Source: Candidatus Hodarchaeota archaeon
GTDB taxonomy: Archaea; Asgardarchaeota; Lokiarchaeia; Sigyniarchaeales; SOKP01
Reading direction: 5' to 3'
Length of the DNA: 64,000 bases
NCBI GenBank assembly: GCA_048886685.1
Contig: JBHLKM010000001.1
Location: forward strand, 160,001-224,000
The position numbers and the translations under genes are program-made. The first letter of the stretch is position 1. Each line of letters opens with the position of its first letter. Positions 50,969 to 59,551 of the stretch are shown piece after piece. Under the pieces are notes generated by a model. The model did not search any database. It had not been told where the DNA came from and saw only the letters and a list, made by a program, of their open reading frames with translations.

Positions 50969-51060
50969 TATTATCTTAATTTAAGGAAATGATAATATTT
51001 CAAATCAATTAATGAAATTTTAGTAATTATATATAAGAATATGTTCAAATTAAAAAAAGA

Positions 51061-51330
51061 TTATTGGCTCCTGACTGTCTCTTTTATCATTGTTTGAAGA
51101 CATTTGGCACAATACCTTCCACTTTCCATCCTATTTGCTCTTCTAGAAGTCTTATTAGTTTTTCTCATTTCAGAGGGTCGTAATCGCGGAATAGACTGGA
51201 TAGGTCTTTTACAAATGGCACAGTGTGCTCTTTTAGGTTTTCTTCTCCAATAGTGAGACACATTTCTATTTCCCGGTGTTCTAACCTTCTTTCTACCTTG
51301 AGCTTTGGATCGTAAGCCTGGACGTGGAAT
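51061..51330 (-). CDS. rpl34e: 50S ribosomal protein eL34 (89 aa, ATT start)
   Basis: Frame extends upstream of the ORF-track start: (ATT)PRPGLRSKAQGRKKVRTPGNRNVSHYWRRKP..CAIC...CAKC. In-frame TAG four codons upstream. Confidence 0.9.
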   Translation of the reverse strand: MPRPGLRSKAQGRKKVRTPGNRNVSHYWRRKPKRAHCAICKRPIQSIPRLRPSEMRKTNKTSRRANRMESGRYCAKCLQTMIKETVRSQ

Positions 51331-51422
51331 AATGATTACCTAATATCTTTAGTTTTAAATCGATTCTAATAAAGCTAATATAATTTTAAAGAATAGAAAG
51401 AATATTAATTTTATTGTTTTAA

Positions 51423-52079
51423 TTAGGCTTTTAGATTTATTTTGTTTTGAAATTTTAGGAAGATCTGATATAAATCATCCACTATTTCCTCCATTAATCT
51501 AGTAGCATTATCTGTGTTATGTAGTTTAGTTAAAGTGTTATTATGTATAGTTTTAATTTTTGCGGAGAGCTTATCCATTCCAGGAAATTTTTTTAAACTT
51601 TTAATTAAATCTTTAAATAAATTATCAATTAGCTCAATCTCTTGAAAGCCTTTCAACTTTAATGCATCCATTAATGTGATAAAGGATGAAGTTATTTCTA
51701 AAGTAATCGCTGGGAGTCCTAAAACTGTTGAACTCAAAGTTTTGGTAGGGCGAGATTGTTCTATTCCATCTCTTTCAGAGAGTACGTGAGGAAATTCTAG
51801 AGCTGATATTTTATTAATGATATCAATCGCAGTAAAATATTGATTAGTAAAATTCATTTTCCTAAGGAGTACAGAAAGATCAATATCATTTTCGTCTAAA
51901 TACATATTAAATTTTAATAATTCATTGATTGTATTTTTAACTTTTTTATGAAAAAAGTGTTCTTTAATCACTCCATTTTTATATTTTTCATATGCATTTA
52001 GAATCGTATTTACTAACGCGTATAGTTCAGATTCAACATCAGATTCTTCTTCTGAACTGAAATTGTTTTCTTCAACCAT
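51423..52079 (-). CDS. Vps28-like ESCRT-I protein
   Basis: ELYALV..I..YEK N-terminal part and EITSSFITLMDALKL C-terminal Vps28 signature. Confidence 0.8.
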   Translation of the reverse strand: MVEENNFSSEEESDVESELYALVNTILNAYEKYKNGVIKEHFFHKKVKNTINELLKFNMYLDENDIDLSVLLRKMNFTNQYFTAIDIINKISALEFPHVLSERDGIEQSRPTKTLSSTVLGLPAITLEITSSFITLMDALKLKGFQEIELIDNLFKDLIKSLKKFPGMDKLSAKIKTIHNNTLTKLHNTDNATRLMEEIVDDLYQIFLKFQNKINLKA

Positions 52080-52131
52080 TTTAGTTATTTCGAATGAAAT
52101 TTTTTAAATTTTTGAATATAAACTAAAAATC

Positions 52132-53055
52132 TTAACCTAATAATGTAGGACGTAAGAAATAGTACAAAATTGCTACAAGGACACCAATAATAACAGTTGG
52201 AATTAATACTCGAGTGGTAGAAGAATTACTTAGTTCTCTAATAGATAAAGTCATCAAAATAGGTACCCATATAGCAATAGTTAAAGCATCCAATACATCT
52301 AAAACGGCCCAAGTTCCAGATGGAAACACTTGGTCAAATATGAGCTCATCAAATGTTGCAGTACTCGTATTTATAGTTGGGAAGCCAACGAGAACAACAA
52401 GAGTCTTAATTGCATTAATAAGCAAGAATGGAGCAAACGCGCATAACATCATTTTAAATTTATAGGAACCCTCTAATTGTAGCATTGTACCACCCTTGTA
52501 AATACTAAACGGGCTTATCTCTGCTTCTTTATATTTCTCTTGAGCTTCTCTTAACCCTCCAAAGCGTGTTTCTAGTCTCTCGGTGAATCCAACTGCGACA
52601 TTAGCTCCTTTTGTGAATAACCAAATCAAAATGGCAAATAAAATCAACTGAGACAAAAATCCAAAAATGAAAAAAGTAGCAAAGAAGCTCAAATTATATA
52701 CAAAGCGGGTTAAGGAATAAGTGCCAATTCCAGCAAAATTAAAGTGAGAAAAAAATGCTAAGCCCATAAGTCCGTAAAGTAAAGAGCTAAATAATAAAAT
52801 CAACCAACCTGGGGCCTTACTTCTTTTATGATTGATGTCCCAGAAAGCTTTGTTCGCAGAAATAAAGAGATAAAGAATTTTTAGATACCAGGGATATGGA
52901 GTTATCCATTCTGCTTCAATTCTTCGAAAAAACCGTACTGTTTCAATCCTCTCAACTTTTAGACGAAAGCCACAAAAATTACAGGCAAAACTTTCAACAG
53001 TATTCTCATTTCCACATCTAGGACAACGTTGGAATGCTGCTACCGTTTGAGACAT
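52132..53055 (-). CDS. Zinc-ribbon plus Yip1-like membrane protein
   Basis: CPRC..CNFC N-terminus, LFISANKAFWDI, about 5 TM helices. Confidence 0.65.
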   Translation of the reverse strand: MSQTVAAFQRCPRCGNENTVESFACNFCGFRLKVERIETVRFFRRIEAEWITPYPWYLKILYLFISANKAFWDINHKRSKAPGWLILLFSSLLYGLMGLAFFSHFNFAGIGTYSLTRFVYNLSFFATFFIFGFLSQLILFAILIWLFTKGANVAVGFTERLETRFGGLREAQEKYKEAEISPFSIYKGGTMLQLEGSYKFKMMLCAFAPFLLINAIKTLVVLVGFPTINTSTATFDELIFDQVFPSGTWAVLDVLDALTIAIWVPILMTLSIRELSNSSTTRVLIPTVIIGVLVAILYYFLRPTLLG

Positions 53056-53198
53056 TCTTATTACAACATTCTAAAATTTTTTATATTAAACTTATAATAA
53101 ATTATTCTTATAAAAATTTCTTTCAAATTTTTATTATTTCCCTATTGTATATTTATTTGTTGCTTTTATATAATAATGATTTGAAGAATACTAATTTC

Positions 53199-54272
53199 TC
53201 AAGGATATTCTATGATATAATAATTATCCTCTGTAATAATACAATAATCACGCTGTGTAAATAATTTAACTAATTCCAGATTAGTTTGTGTATGGCTTGT
53301 TATTTGGTGTACTTTAATTCTTGAAGGTTTTTTAACAAAGGCCATTAATGGTATTAGTTGATCACTTAAATAATTGTCAACGGGGATATCATTTTTAATA
53401 TATTTGATTATTTCATTAGCAGCCATTCTACCTAGATCTTCAGATCTTATTTTTCTATCTCCTAATATCGTTCCTGTAGAAATTATAGCTCCCTTATCCG
53501 AATTAGCCCATAAGGAGAGACCTACTCCAGGACTGGTTGAATCAACCCACATAAATTTTATATCCGTCTCAACTTTTAATAATTTTTTTATTTGTTGTGT
53601 GATAGATTTTCTTATTCTTGTTCCGATATTGTCTCTGTTTCGCATTAAATGTTTAGTAATAATAATTTCTCCTCGGACTAAATCGATGTTTCCTAATTCA
53701 GTTAAATTTACGGGATTAAGTTTTATTTTTGAAGGATTTATAGTACATTTTATTCGAGCTCCACCTTTAGGGTAAAAACCATGTTTTTGGATCTCTATAT
53801 CAATCTTTAGTCCAGATCTCTTTAAAATCTCATAAGTAACTTTCTGAAGATAATTAAGACTTGGAGCCCAGTTCCCAAAGCTACCCCCTCCTGAAAGAGA
53901 AATCTCAATTTTCTCAACATTTTCAAATCCTAGACTTGCTATTTGAATCGGTTGTAACAACAATCCAATACTTGCTGCAGTGTTAATGTTGACGTGAAAA
54001 TTAGTTTTAATTTCTCTTTCCGGTTTAGGAATAAAGGTAAGTTCTTCAGTTCCAACCTTACAATCACTTAATATACTATTTGTTAATCCTGCAATCGTAT
54101 TTAGACCTAATAAATGTTGAGTTCTCAGGCCTGGTTTAGGACGATTAGCACGAATGTTTCTAATTTTTATGGGTTGGTTAAATAAATAAGAGAAACCTGC
54201 GGATAGTCTAAGTATAGCACCTCCGCCTTCTCCAAAAGAACCATCAATTTCAAGGATATTTTTTTCAGTCAT
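53199..54272 (-). CDS. rtcA: RNA 3'-terminal phosphate cyclase
   Basis: IDGSFGEGGGAILR, RPKPGLRTQH, GFYPKGG, LSDQL, TSHTQTN. Confidence 0.95.
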   Translation of the reverse strand: MTEKNILEIDGSFGEGGGAILRLSAGFSYLFNQPIKIRNIRANRPKPGLRTQHLLGLNTIAGLTNSILSDCKVGTEELTFIPKPEREIKTNFHVNINTAASIGLLLQPIQIASLGFENVEKIEISLSGGGSFGNWAPSLNYLQKVTYEILKRSGLKIDIEIQKHGFYPKGGARIKCTINPSKIKLNPVNLTELGNIDLVRGEIIITKHLMRNRDNIGTRIRKSITQQIKKLLKVETDIKFMWVDSTSPGVGLSLWANSDKGAIISTGTILGDRKIRSEDLGRMAANEIIKYIKNDIPVDNYLSDQLIPLMAFVKKPSRIKVHQITSHTQTNLELVKLFTQRDYCIITEDNYYIIEYP

Positions 54273-55414
54273 GAATTTTCAGCTGTATTAGAGAGATACT
54301 TTAAACGATTTATTCCGTCAAATTTTTCTATTAATTCCCTAACTTCTTTTGGTACTAATGGTGTCCAAGATTTATCATTTTTTAGAATTAGGCGTCTAAT
54401 ATTATTGCCATTAAATTTCTTTTTAAAAATTTCTACTTTTTTTTCAACTTTATATCCCTTATTATGAAAAAGTGCTCTTATCCAATCGCTATTTGAAAAA
54501 ACGGTATTGAATTCCCCAATAATAGAAACAACGTGATCTACCCATTTATTCGCGTCAAAGATATCGACGATGTAAAATATTTGGTATCTGCTTGAAGAAA
54601 TACTGCGTTTCTTGAAAGCTGCGTTTAAAAATTCTTTTCTTTCTATGTTAGTAAAAGGATCATTAATAGTATTTGACAATTGAGAGCTACCTATCCCAAT
54701 TTTCACTTTTTTATATGATTTTAAAATTGTTTGAAGAACATATATATGTCCATGATGTAATGGTTGAAATCTTCCTATAAACAACGCAATATCATTATTC
54801 TGGGATAGATTCAATTCACTTTCATCTCCAAAAAGTAAGTTTAAATCAGTATTTAGGATTATTCTCCAGATTTTTCTGCTATGATCAACTGATTTCTCAT
54901 TTTTTAATAAATTATCCAATTCATTTTTGGTATAAAATTTACTCTGTTCAATATCTAATTCATCAGGATCAGGATTTAAAGGAATTCCATAATCAACTAA
55001 TCCAAAAAAAACATAAGCAATTTCTTTTGTTTTATCATCTTGTTCATCATTTAACTCATAAAATCTAACATTTCGGATCGCTTTTGAGGGAATTCCGAAC
55101 TCCTCTTCTAGTTCTCTCAAAGCATCATTTTTGATCTTAACAAGATCTAAATTTTTTTGCCATTGGATATGACCAGAAGAAGAATCTGTGAAATACCCAG
55201 GATATGAACTCTTACTTTTACTTCTTTTTTGCACTAAATATTTAATTTCTCCTTTAGGTGATTTTGAAATTATGAAAAATCGAGTAATTAAATGACTGAT
55301 ATGTTTCTCATGTGCTTGTTTTCTTTCAATAGGATAAATATATTTAGAAATTTGGCCTGACTGTAAATATTTTATATTTTCATCATCAATACAAGCCAGA
55401 ATTTCATTTTTCAT
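54269..55414 (-). CDS. Nudix domain fused to nicotinamide-nucleotide adenylyltransferase
   Basis: N-terminal QKRS..K..YPG.F..SGH and LRELEEEFG. C-terminal FIGRFQPLHHGH, GSSQ, DPFT..ER, NIRR. Confidence 0.85.
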   Translation of the reverse strand: MKNEILACIDDENIKYLQSGQISKYIYPIERKQAHEKHISHLITRFFIISKSPKGEIKYLVQKRSKSKSSYPGYFTDSSSGHIQWQKNLDLVKIKNDALRELEEEFGIPSKAIRNVRFYELNDEQDDKTKEIAYVFFGLVDYGIPLNPDPDELDIEQSKFYTKNELDNLLKNEKSVDHSRKIWRIILNTDLNLLFGDESELNLSQNNDIALFIGRFQPLHHGHIYVLQTILKSYKKVKIGIGSSQLSNTINDPFTNIERKEFLNAAFKKRSISSSRYQIFYIVDIFDANKWVDHVVSIIGEFNTVFSNSDWIRALFHNKGYKVEKKVEIFKKKFNGNNIRRLILKNDKSWTPLVPKEVRELIEKFDGINRLKYLSNTAENS

Positions 55415-55429
55415 ATTTAATTTTTCCTC

Positions 55430-56257
55430 CTATACTTGGATATTTATAAGATCTCCTGATTTGAAACCTAATTTTTTAGATGCATTTCCCTGGTTAATTG
55501 AGATTTCAAGATATCCTGTGGAACCAACAAGAAGTAGCAATGAATCAATAGATACGCTTGAAAAATGAGAAGTGAATACCCCTTCATATTTATTATCATT
55601 CACAATTATATTAATTTTTGCACCAACTTCTAAGGTTAAATTTAAATCTATTATTTTATTCCCAACCATTTGAATGGTTGTTGTTCCATTCCCAAAAGAA
55701 TCAATATATTGTATCGAACCAATAATACTTTTATTTTCTAAATTTACTTCATGAGTTATTATGGTCTTTATTAAATTGTTAAGATTAAATTTTGGACCAA
55801 GATCACTTAAAGGAAAGTTCTGATCTTTCGTGATATAAGCACCTATAGGTGCCATAATATCTCTCCCATGAAATGTAGCAGAGATCGGTTGATTAAAATA
55901 TTCTTCATTTTGAACGCTAATACATTCTGATATTTCAGATATATCAAAAACATTTGAAAAAATCCCATTATTTGGACCGATAAAAAAATAATTGGAATTT
56001 GTTTTTAAGGCCAAGATTTCTCTTGAACCCCCAACCCCTGGATCAACTACAGTTATAAAAGTAGTACCTTTAGGAAAATGTTGATATGTCGTTTTTAAAA
56101 TATAAGATGCCTCAATTATTGAATATGGAGAAATATCATGAGATATATCAATTATTTTTACAAGAGGATTTATTTTCAAAATAACTGCTTTCATAGCAGC
56201 TACATAATGCTGACCTCTAGATCCAAAATCAGTTAACAAAGCAATAGTACTTTCCAT
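55430..56257 (-). CDS. SAM hydroxide adenosyltransferase (DUF62; chlorinase/fluorinase family)
   Basis: LLTDFG, VVDPGVG, GPNNG, TFHGRD, DSFGN, EISINQG. Confidence 0.9.
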   Translation of the reverse strand: MESTIALLTDFGSRGQHYVAAMKAVILKINPLVKIIDISHDISPYSIIEASYILKTTYQHFPKGTTFITVVDPGVGGSREILALKTNSNYFFIGPNNGIFSNVFDISEISECISVQNEEYFNQPISATFHGRDIMAPIGAYITKDQNFPLSDLGPKFNLNNLIKTIITHEVNLENKSIIGSIQYIDSFGNGTTTIQMVGNKIIDLNLTLEVGAKINIIVNDNKYEGVFTSHFSSVSIDSLLLLVGSTGYLEISINQGNASKKLGFKSGDLINIQV

Positions 56258-56351
56258 TTTTTTAAAAAGGTGGTTGAATTCTTCTTAGAAGAAATATTAA
56301 TGCTATTTTATGAACACATCAAGAAATTCTCATAGAAAAAATTTATGAAAA

Positions 56352-57254
56352 TTACTCTTTCTTATACTTCTGATCTATTTTATAAAAATCTTCTAGAGCT
56401 TTAGATTTTAGCCTAAATTCCTCCTCCTTATCAAATTGCACTAGCTTTTTAGATATTTCACTTGCCTTTCTGTATGAAGTATATGCTGTATGAAAATCCT
56501 CGTTCCTTAAAGCATTACGAGCTTCTTGAATTATCTTTTCTCTTTCTTTTGAATATTCTGGAATTTGTTGAGAAAAATCTCCCTTTTCTTTTAATGAGAC
56601 TGCTATATCCATAAGATATAATTCTTCCGCCAACTCCGCTGCTTTTAGATAAGATTTTGCAGCTTTTTCATATTCTAAAGATTTTATAGCAGTTTCAGCT
56701 GTTTTATAAAAATCAGATATTTTTATATGCTCACCATTCTCAACTTTTTCCAAAAGTTCTTGAGCAATCTTTCTTTCTTTTTTTTCCCCGCTTAACATTA
56801 GCTTAGTTATATCTATGATATTACTTTTCAAAGCATTAGGCTGGAGAATATCAATCAAAGGTTCTAAATATTCAAAATAAATATCTTTTAGTATTGATTC
56901 AAATTCTTCCTCTGTTTTATTTAAAATATTAAGACTTGGCATCTCTAATGCTTCAGCAGCTTCTTTAAGAAAAGAGCGAAACTTTTCTGGCTTATCTTCT
57001 TCAGTTATTAACAAACCTATTATAATTCCAGAAGCTTTTCTCCCTAGCTTCCCTTTCAATTTATGAATATATGAAAAGATGCGATGTTCTTTTAATTTAA
57101 GCAAATTATAGTCGTTCTTTGAATGATCCAGGTTCAATCTTAGAAAAAGATCATTTGTTATTTCAAATCGCGATTGCCCTTCTTTAAAATAATATCCCAT
57201 TATTTTATAATCTGAATCTGTTGGAAGTAATACTACAAAGCAACCAGTTGGCAT
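56352..57254 (-). CDS. Hypothetical protein, possible longin-like N-terminus with helical TPR/MIT-like C-terminus
   Basis: Beta-rich N-terminal ~120 aa followed by repeated A...Y.KA.E helical pairs. Confidence 0.55.
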   Translation of the reverse strand: MPTGCFVVLLPTDSDYKIMGYYFKEGQSRFEITNDLFLRLNLDHSKNDYNLLKLKEHRIFSYIHKLKGKLGRKASGIIIGLLITEEDKPEKFRSFLKEAAEALEMPSLNILNKTEEEFESILKDIYFEYLEPLIDILQPNALKSNIIDITKLMLSGEKKERKIAQELLEKVENGEHIKISDFYKTAETAIKSLEYEKAAKSYLKAAELAEELYLMDIAVSLKEKGDFSQQIPEYSKEREKIIQEARNALRNEDFHTAYTSYRKASEISKKLVQFDKEEEFRLKSKALEDFYKIDQKYKKE

Positions 57255-57319
57255 CTTAAATTATGCACCTCTTAATTATTTAAAGATAAAATGAGTCATT
57301 ATAAAAGAATTCATAACGT

Positions 57320-57751
57320 TTAAGATTGACTTGTACTAATTATTCTATTGGTTTCTTCTCTAATACTTTGGATAATATTTAATAATTGAGCGAAATAGAG
57401 ATTATCAGCAACGGCTTTTGAAGCCTGTTTAATTGTATCGATAGCTTTCTTTTCTTCCTCCGTTATTGCTTCAATCGATTTTTTATCCCATAGTTCTTTT
57501 ATTTTATTATTAAAATCTTCAGATAATTCCTTTAAACTATTACTAGATTGAATTCTGAATTGTTTTAAAACCTCTACTATTAGTCTAATATTTTCAGTCA
57601 TCGAAACTGTTTGTTCAGAGAAGCTCTGACTCATTTGGGCAATTGCACCACCCATTTGGTTAATTTGAGCTATGGTTCCATCTAATGAACTCATAATCTG
57701 ATTAATTTTTTGAATCATCTCATCTAATAATTGTTCTGCCATTTTTTTCAC
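57320..57751 (-). CDS. Coiled-coil hypothetical protein
   Basis: Heptad-patterned throughout. Confidence 0.7.
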   Translation of the reverse strand: MKKMAEQLLDEMIQKINQIMSSLDGTIAQINQMGGAIAQMSQSFSEQTVSMTENIRLIVEVLKQFRIQSSNSLKELSEDFNNKIKELWDKKSIEAITEEEKKAIDTIKQASKAVADNLYFAQLLNIIQSIREETNRIISTSQS

Positions 57752-57770
57752 CTACATGATTTAAATTTTA

Positions 57771-58184
57771 TTATTCTACTACCTCTTCTTCTTTAAGAGA
57801 TTCTTTTAGGATTTTTACAGAATCGATAGCTTCTGATAATAACAAATTTACTGTATCTTGATTAAGAATTCCCTCAGAAAGTTTAGAAAAATCTTCAAGC
57901 TTGTTAATTAAATTTTTAAGCGCATCCAATCCTAAGCCTTCTTGTATTATTTTTAGCTCCTTTGTTGCTTCTCCTCCGATTTCCTTTACTGCATCAATGT
58001 GTTTAGTCTGCGTAACATTAATTTCATTAGAAAATTCTACCAATTTCTCAGTAAGGTTTGAAATTTTTTCTTCGATGTTTTGATTGAGCTTGTTAAGGGA
58101 TTCGTTAAGAGATTGAATGGATTGTCCTAACTGGGCAATCCTTTTATAAATATTTTGAAGAAGGTCGGTTAGCATCTCAGCCAT
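57771..58184 (-). CDS. Coiled-coil hypothetical protein
   Basis: Heptad-patterned, N-terminus (MAEML..L.Q.I) resembles that of its neighbour. Confidence 0.7.
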   Translation of the reverse strand: MAEMLTDLLQNIYKRIAQLGQSIQSLNESLNKLNQNIEEKISNLTEKLVEFSNEINVTQTKHIDAVKEIGGEATKELKIIQEGLGLDALKNLINKLEDFSKLSEGILNQDTVNLLLSEAIDSVKILKESLKEEEVVE

Positions 58185-58423
58185 AGAAAATCAACTTTTT
58201 TAATTTTTTTTTTAATTTACTGAAGTCTCTTTTTGTTACTTCAATTATAAATATAACAGATTACATCAATAAAAAAATATTCAATAAAAAAATATTTATC
58301 TTTTTTCTTATTTATTTAGAATATAAACGCAAGCAAGATTAATAGCCATCGGATTAATTAATAAATATTAAAGAGTAATAATAAGAGATACTTTAGAAAG
58401 ATTATTTGTGTTTCTAACAATTA

Positions 58424-58598
58424 GGGCCATTTGCTTAGCCTGGTTAACAAGGTTTTATATGCTTGGTCAACAAGCGCAGGTCTTATAAATGATCATCGGA
58501 CATACAATAATTAAATTGTCCGAAAAAGTAAAAACCTGAGATAAAAAGGGTTTATCCCTTTTACGAGGAAATCCGGGGTTCAAATCCCCGATGGCCCA
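58424..58598 (+). tRNA. tRNA-Ile(TAT) with three introns (58447..58471, ~58489..58533, 58541..58570)
   Basis: Removing the three inserts gives a 75-nt cloverleaf GGGCCATTTGCTTAGCCTGGTTAAAGCGCAGGTCTTATAAACCTGAGATCCGGGGTTCAAATCCCCGATGGCCCA. Each insert has a hairpin and BHB-like ends. Confidence 0.85.
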
Positions 58599-58750
58599 TT
58601 TTTTTCCTATCTTATAGTTTTAAATACGTAATTCTTCGTGAAACATCAATTTCACGATTTATCATATATCTCAGAGAAATATCTCTATATGTATTAAGAT
58701 ATTATCTTAAGGTTTTTGAAATAAATTTTAAAAGAGTGTGAGAAGAATTT

Positions 58751-59431
58751 TTACTTATCTAAATGAAGACTAATTAAATCAAGAAGCCATCTTTTTATTT
58801 GGGTAAGATTTTTAATAATACCTGGTATAAGATTCTCAGGAAAATTTTCTTCATGGTTTAATCTCTGAGCGGTTTCCATCCATTTGTTTAAGGCTAGTTG
58901 TACAAGACTCGCGCCTTCAGCTTCCATGAAGATCGGAATAACAGCAGCAGATTCTCGAGCATCGCCAATCGCAAAATATACTCTGCGATTATTTCCTTTT
59001 AGCATTACTAAATTAGCACACTCATCAAGTTTTCGTTCAACTAGAATACTCTTTAAGATCTGAGCTTTCAAATCTTGATCTTTTGACGTAAATTTCTCCT
59101 TTCTTCCCTTAAGAGCAGGTTGAATTTCGGTTACCACCTTATCACCTGTACCTTCTGGGCTAAAGTATTTTGTAATTTTAAGACTATCTTCTAATGCTTC
59201 TATAGATGTGAATTTTTTAGTATTTGAATAAAAAACAGCTTTAGAACCAGCTTGATCTTCACCAGTAGATAATTTTATATAAATATTTCTCATAGCTACA
59301 GAATTACATGTATGATAGGCTATTTCAAACAACTCTCTTGGTAATAAAGTACCATAAGGTTCTTCTATATGTTTGGAAAGCCATTGAGAAGTAATAACCT
59401 CGTTAAATTGGGATAAAAGTCGGTTTTCCAT
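58751..59431 (-). CDS. Hypothetical protein
   Basis: 226-aa ORF with no recognised motif. Confidence 0.65.
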   Translation of the reverse strand: MENRLLSQFNEVITSQWLSKHIEEPYGTLLPRELFEIAYHTCNSVAMRNIYIKLSTGEDQAGSKAVFYSNTKKFTSIEALEDSLKITKYFSPEGTGDKVVTEIQPALKGRKEKFTSKDQDLKAQILKSILVERKLDECANLVMLKGNNRRVYFAIGDARESAAVIPIFMEAEGASLVQLALNKWMETAQRLNHEENFPENLIPGIIKNLTQIKRWLLDLISLHLDK

Positions 59432-59551
59432 AATATTCGCTAAAAATTTGTAAATATATAGTTAGAACAAATTTTATTAAAATATAGTACTTCTAGTTTT
59501 TAATTATTTTTATTTCTGATTGAGTAGAAATTTTAAAACTGTTGAGGATTT

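Noticed and set aside
58482-58538. Reading the multi-intron tRNA as Leu(TAA), Tyr(GTA) or Met/Ile(CAT)
   Set aside because: Those registers give no BHB helix or no 7-nt loop, and the body sequence is Ile-like.
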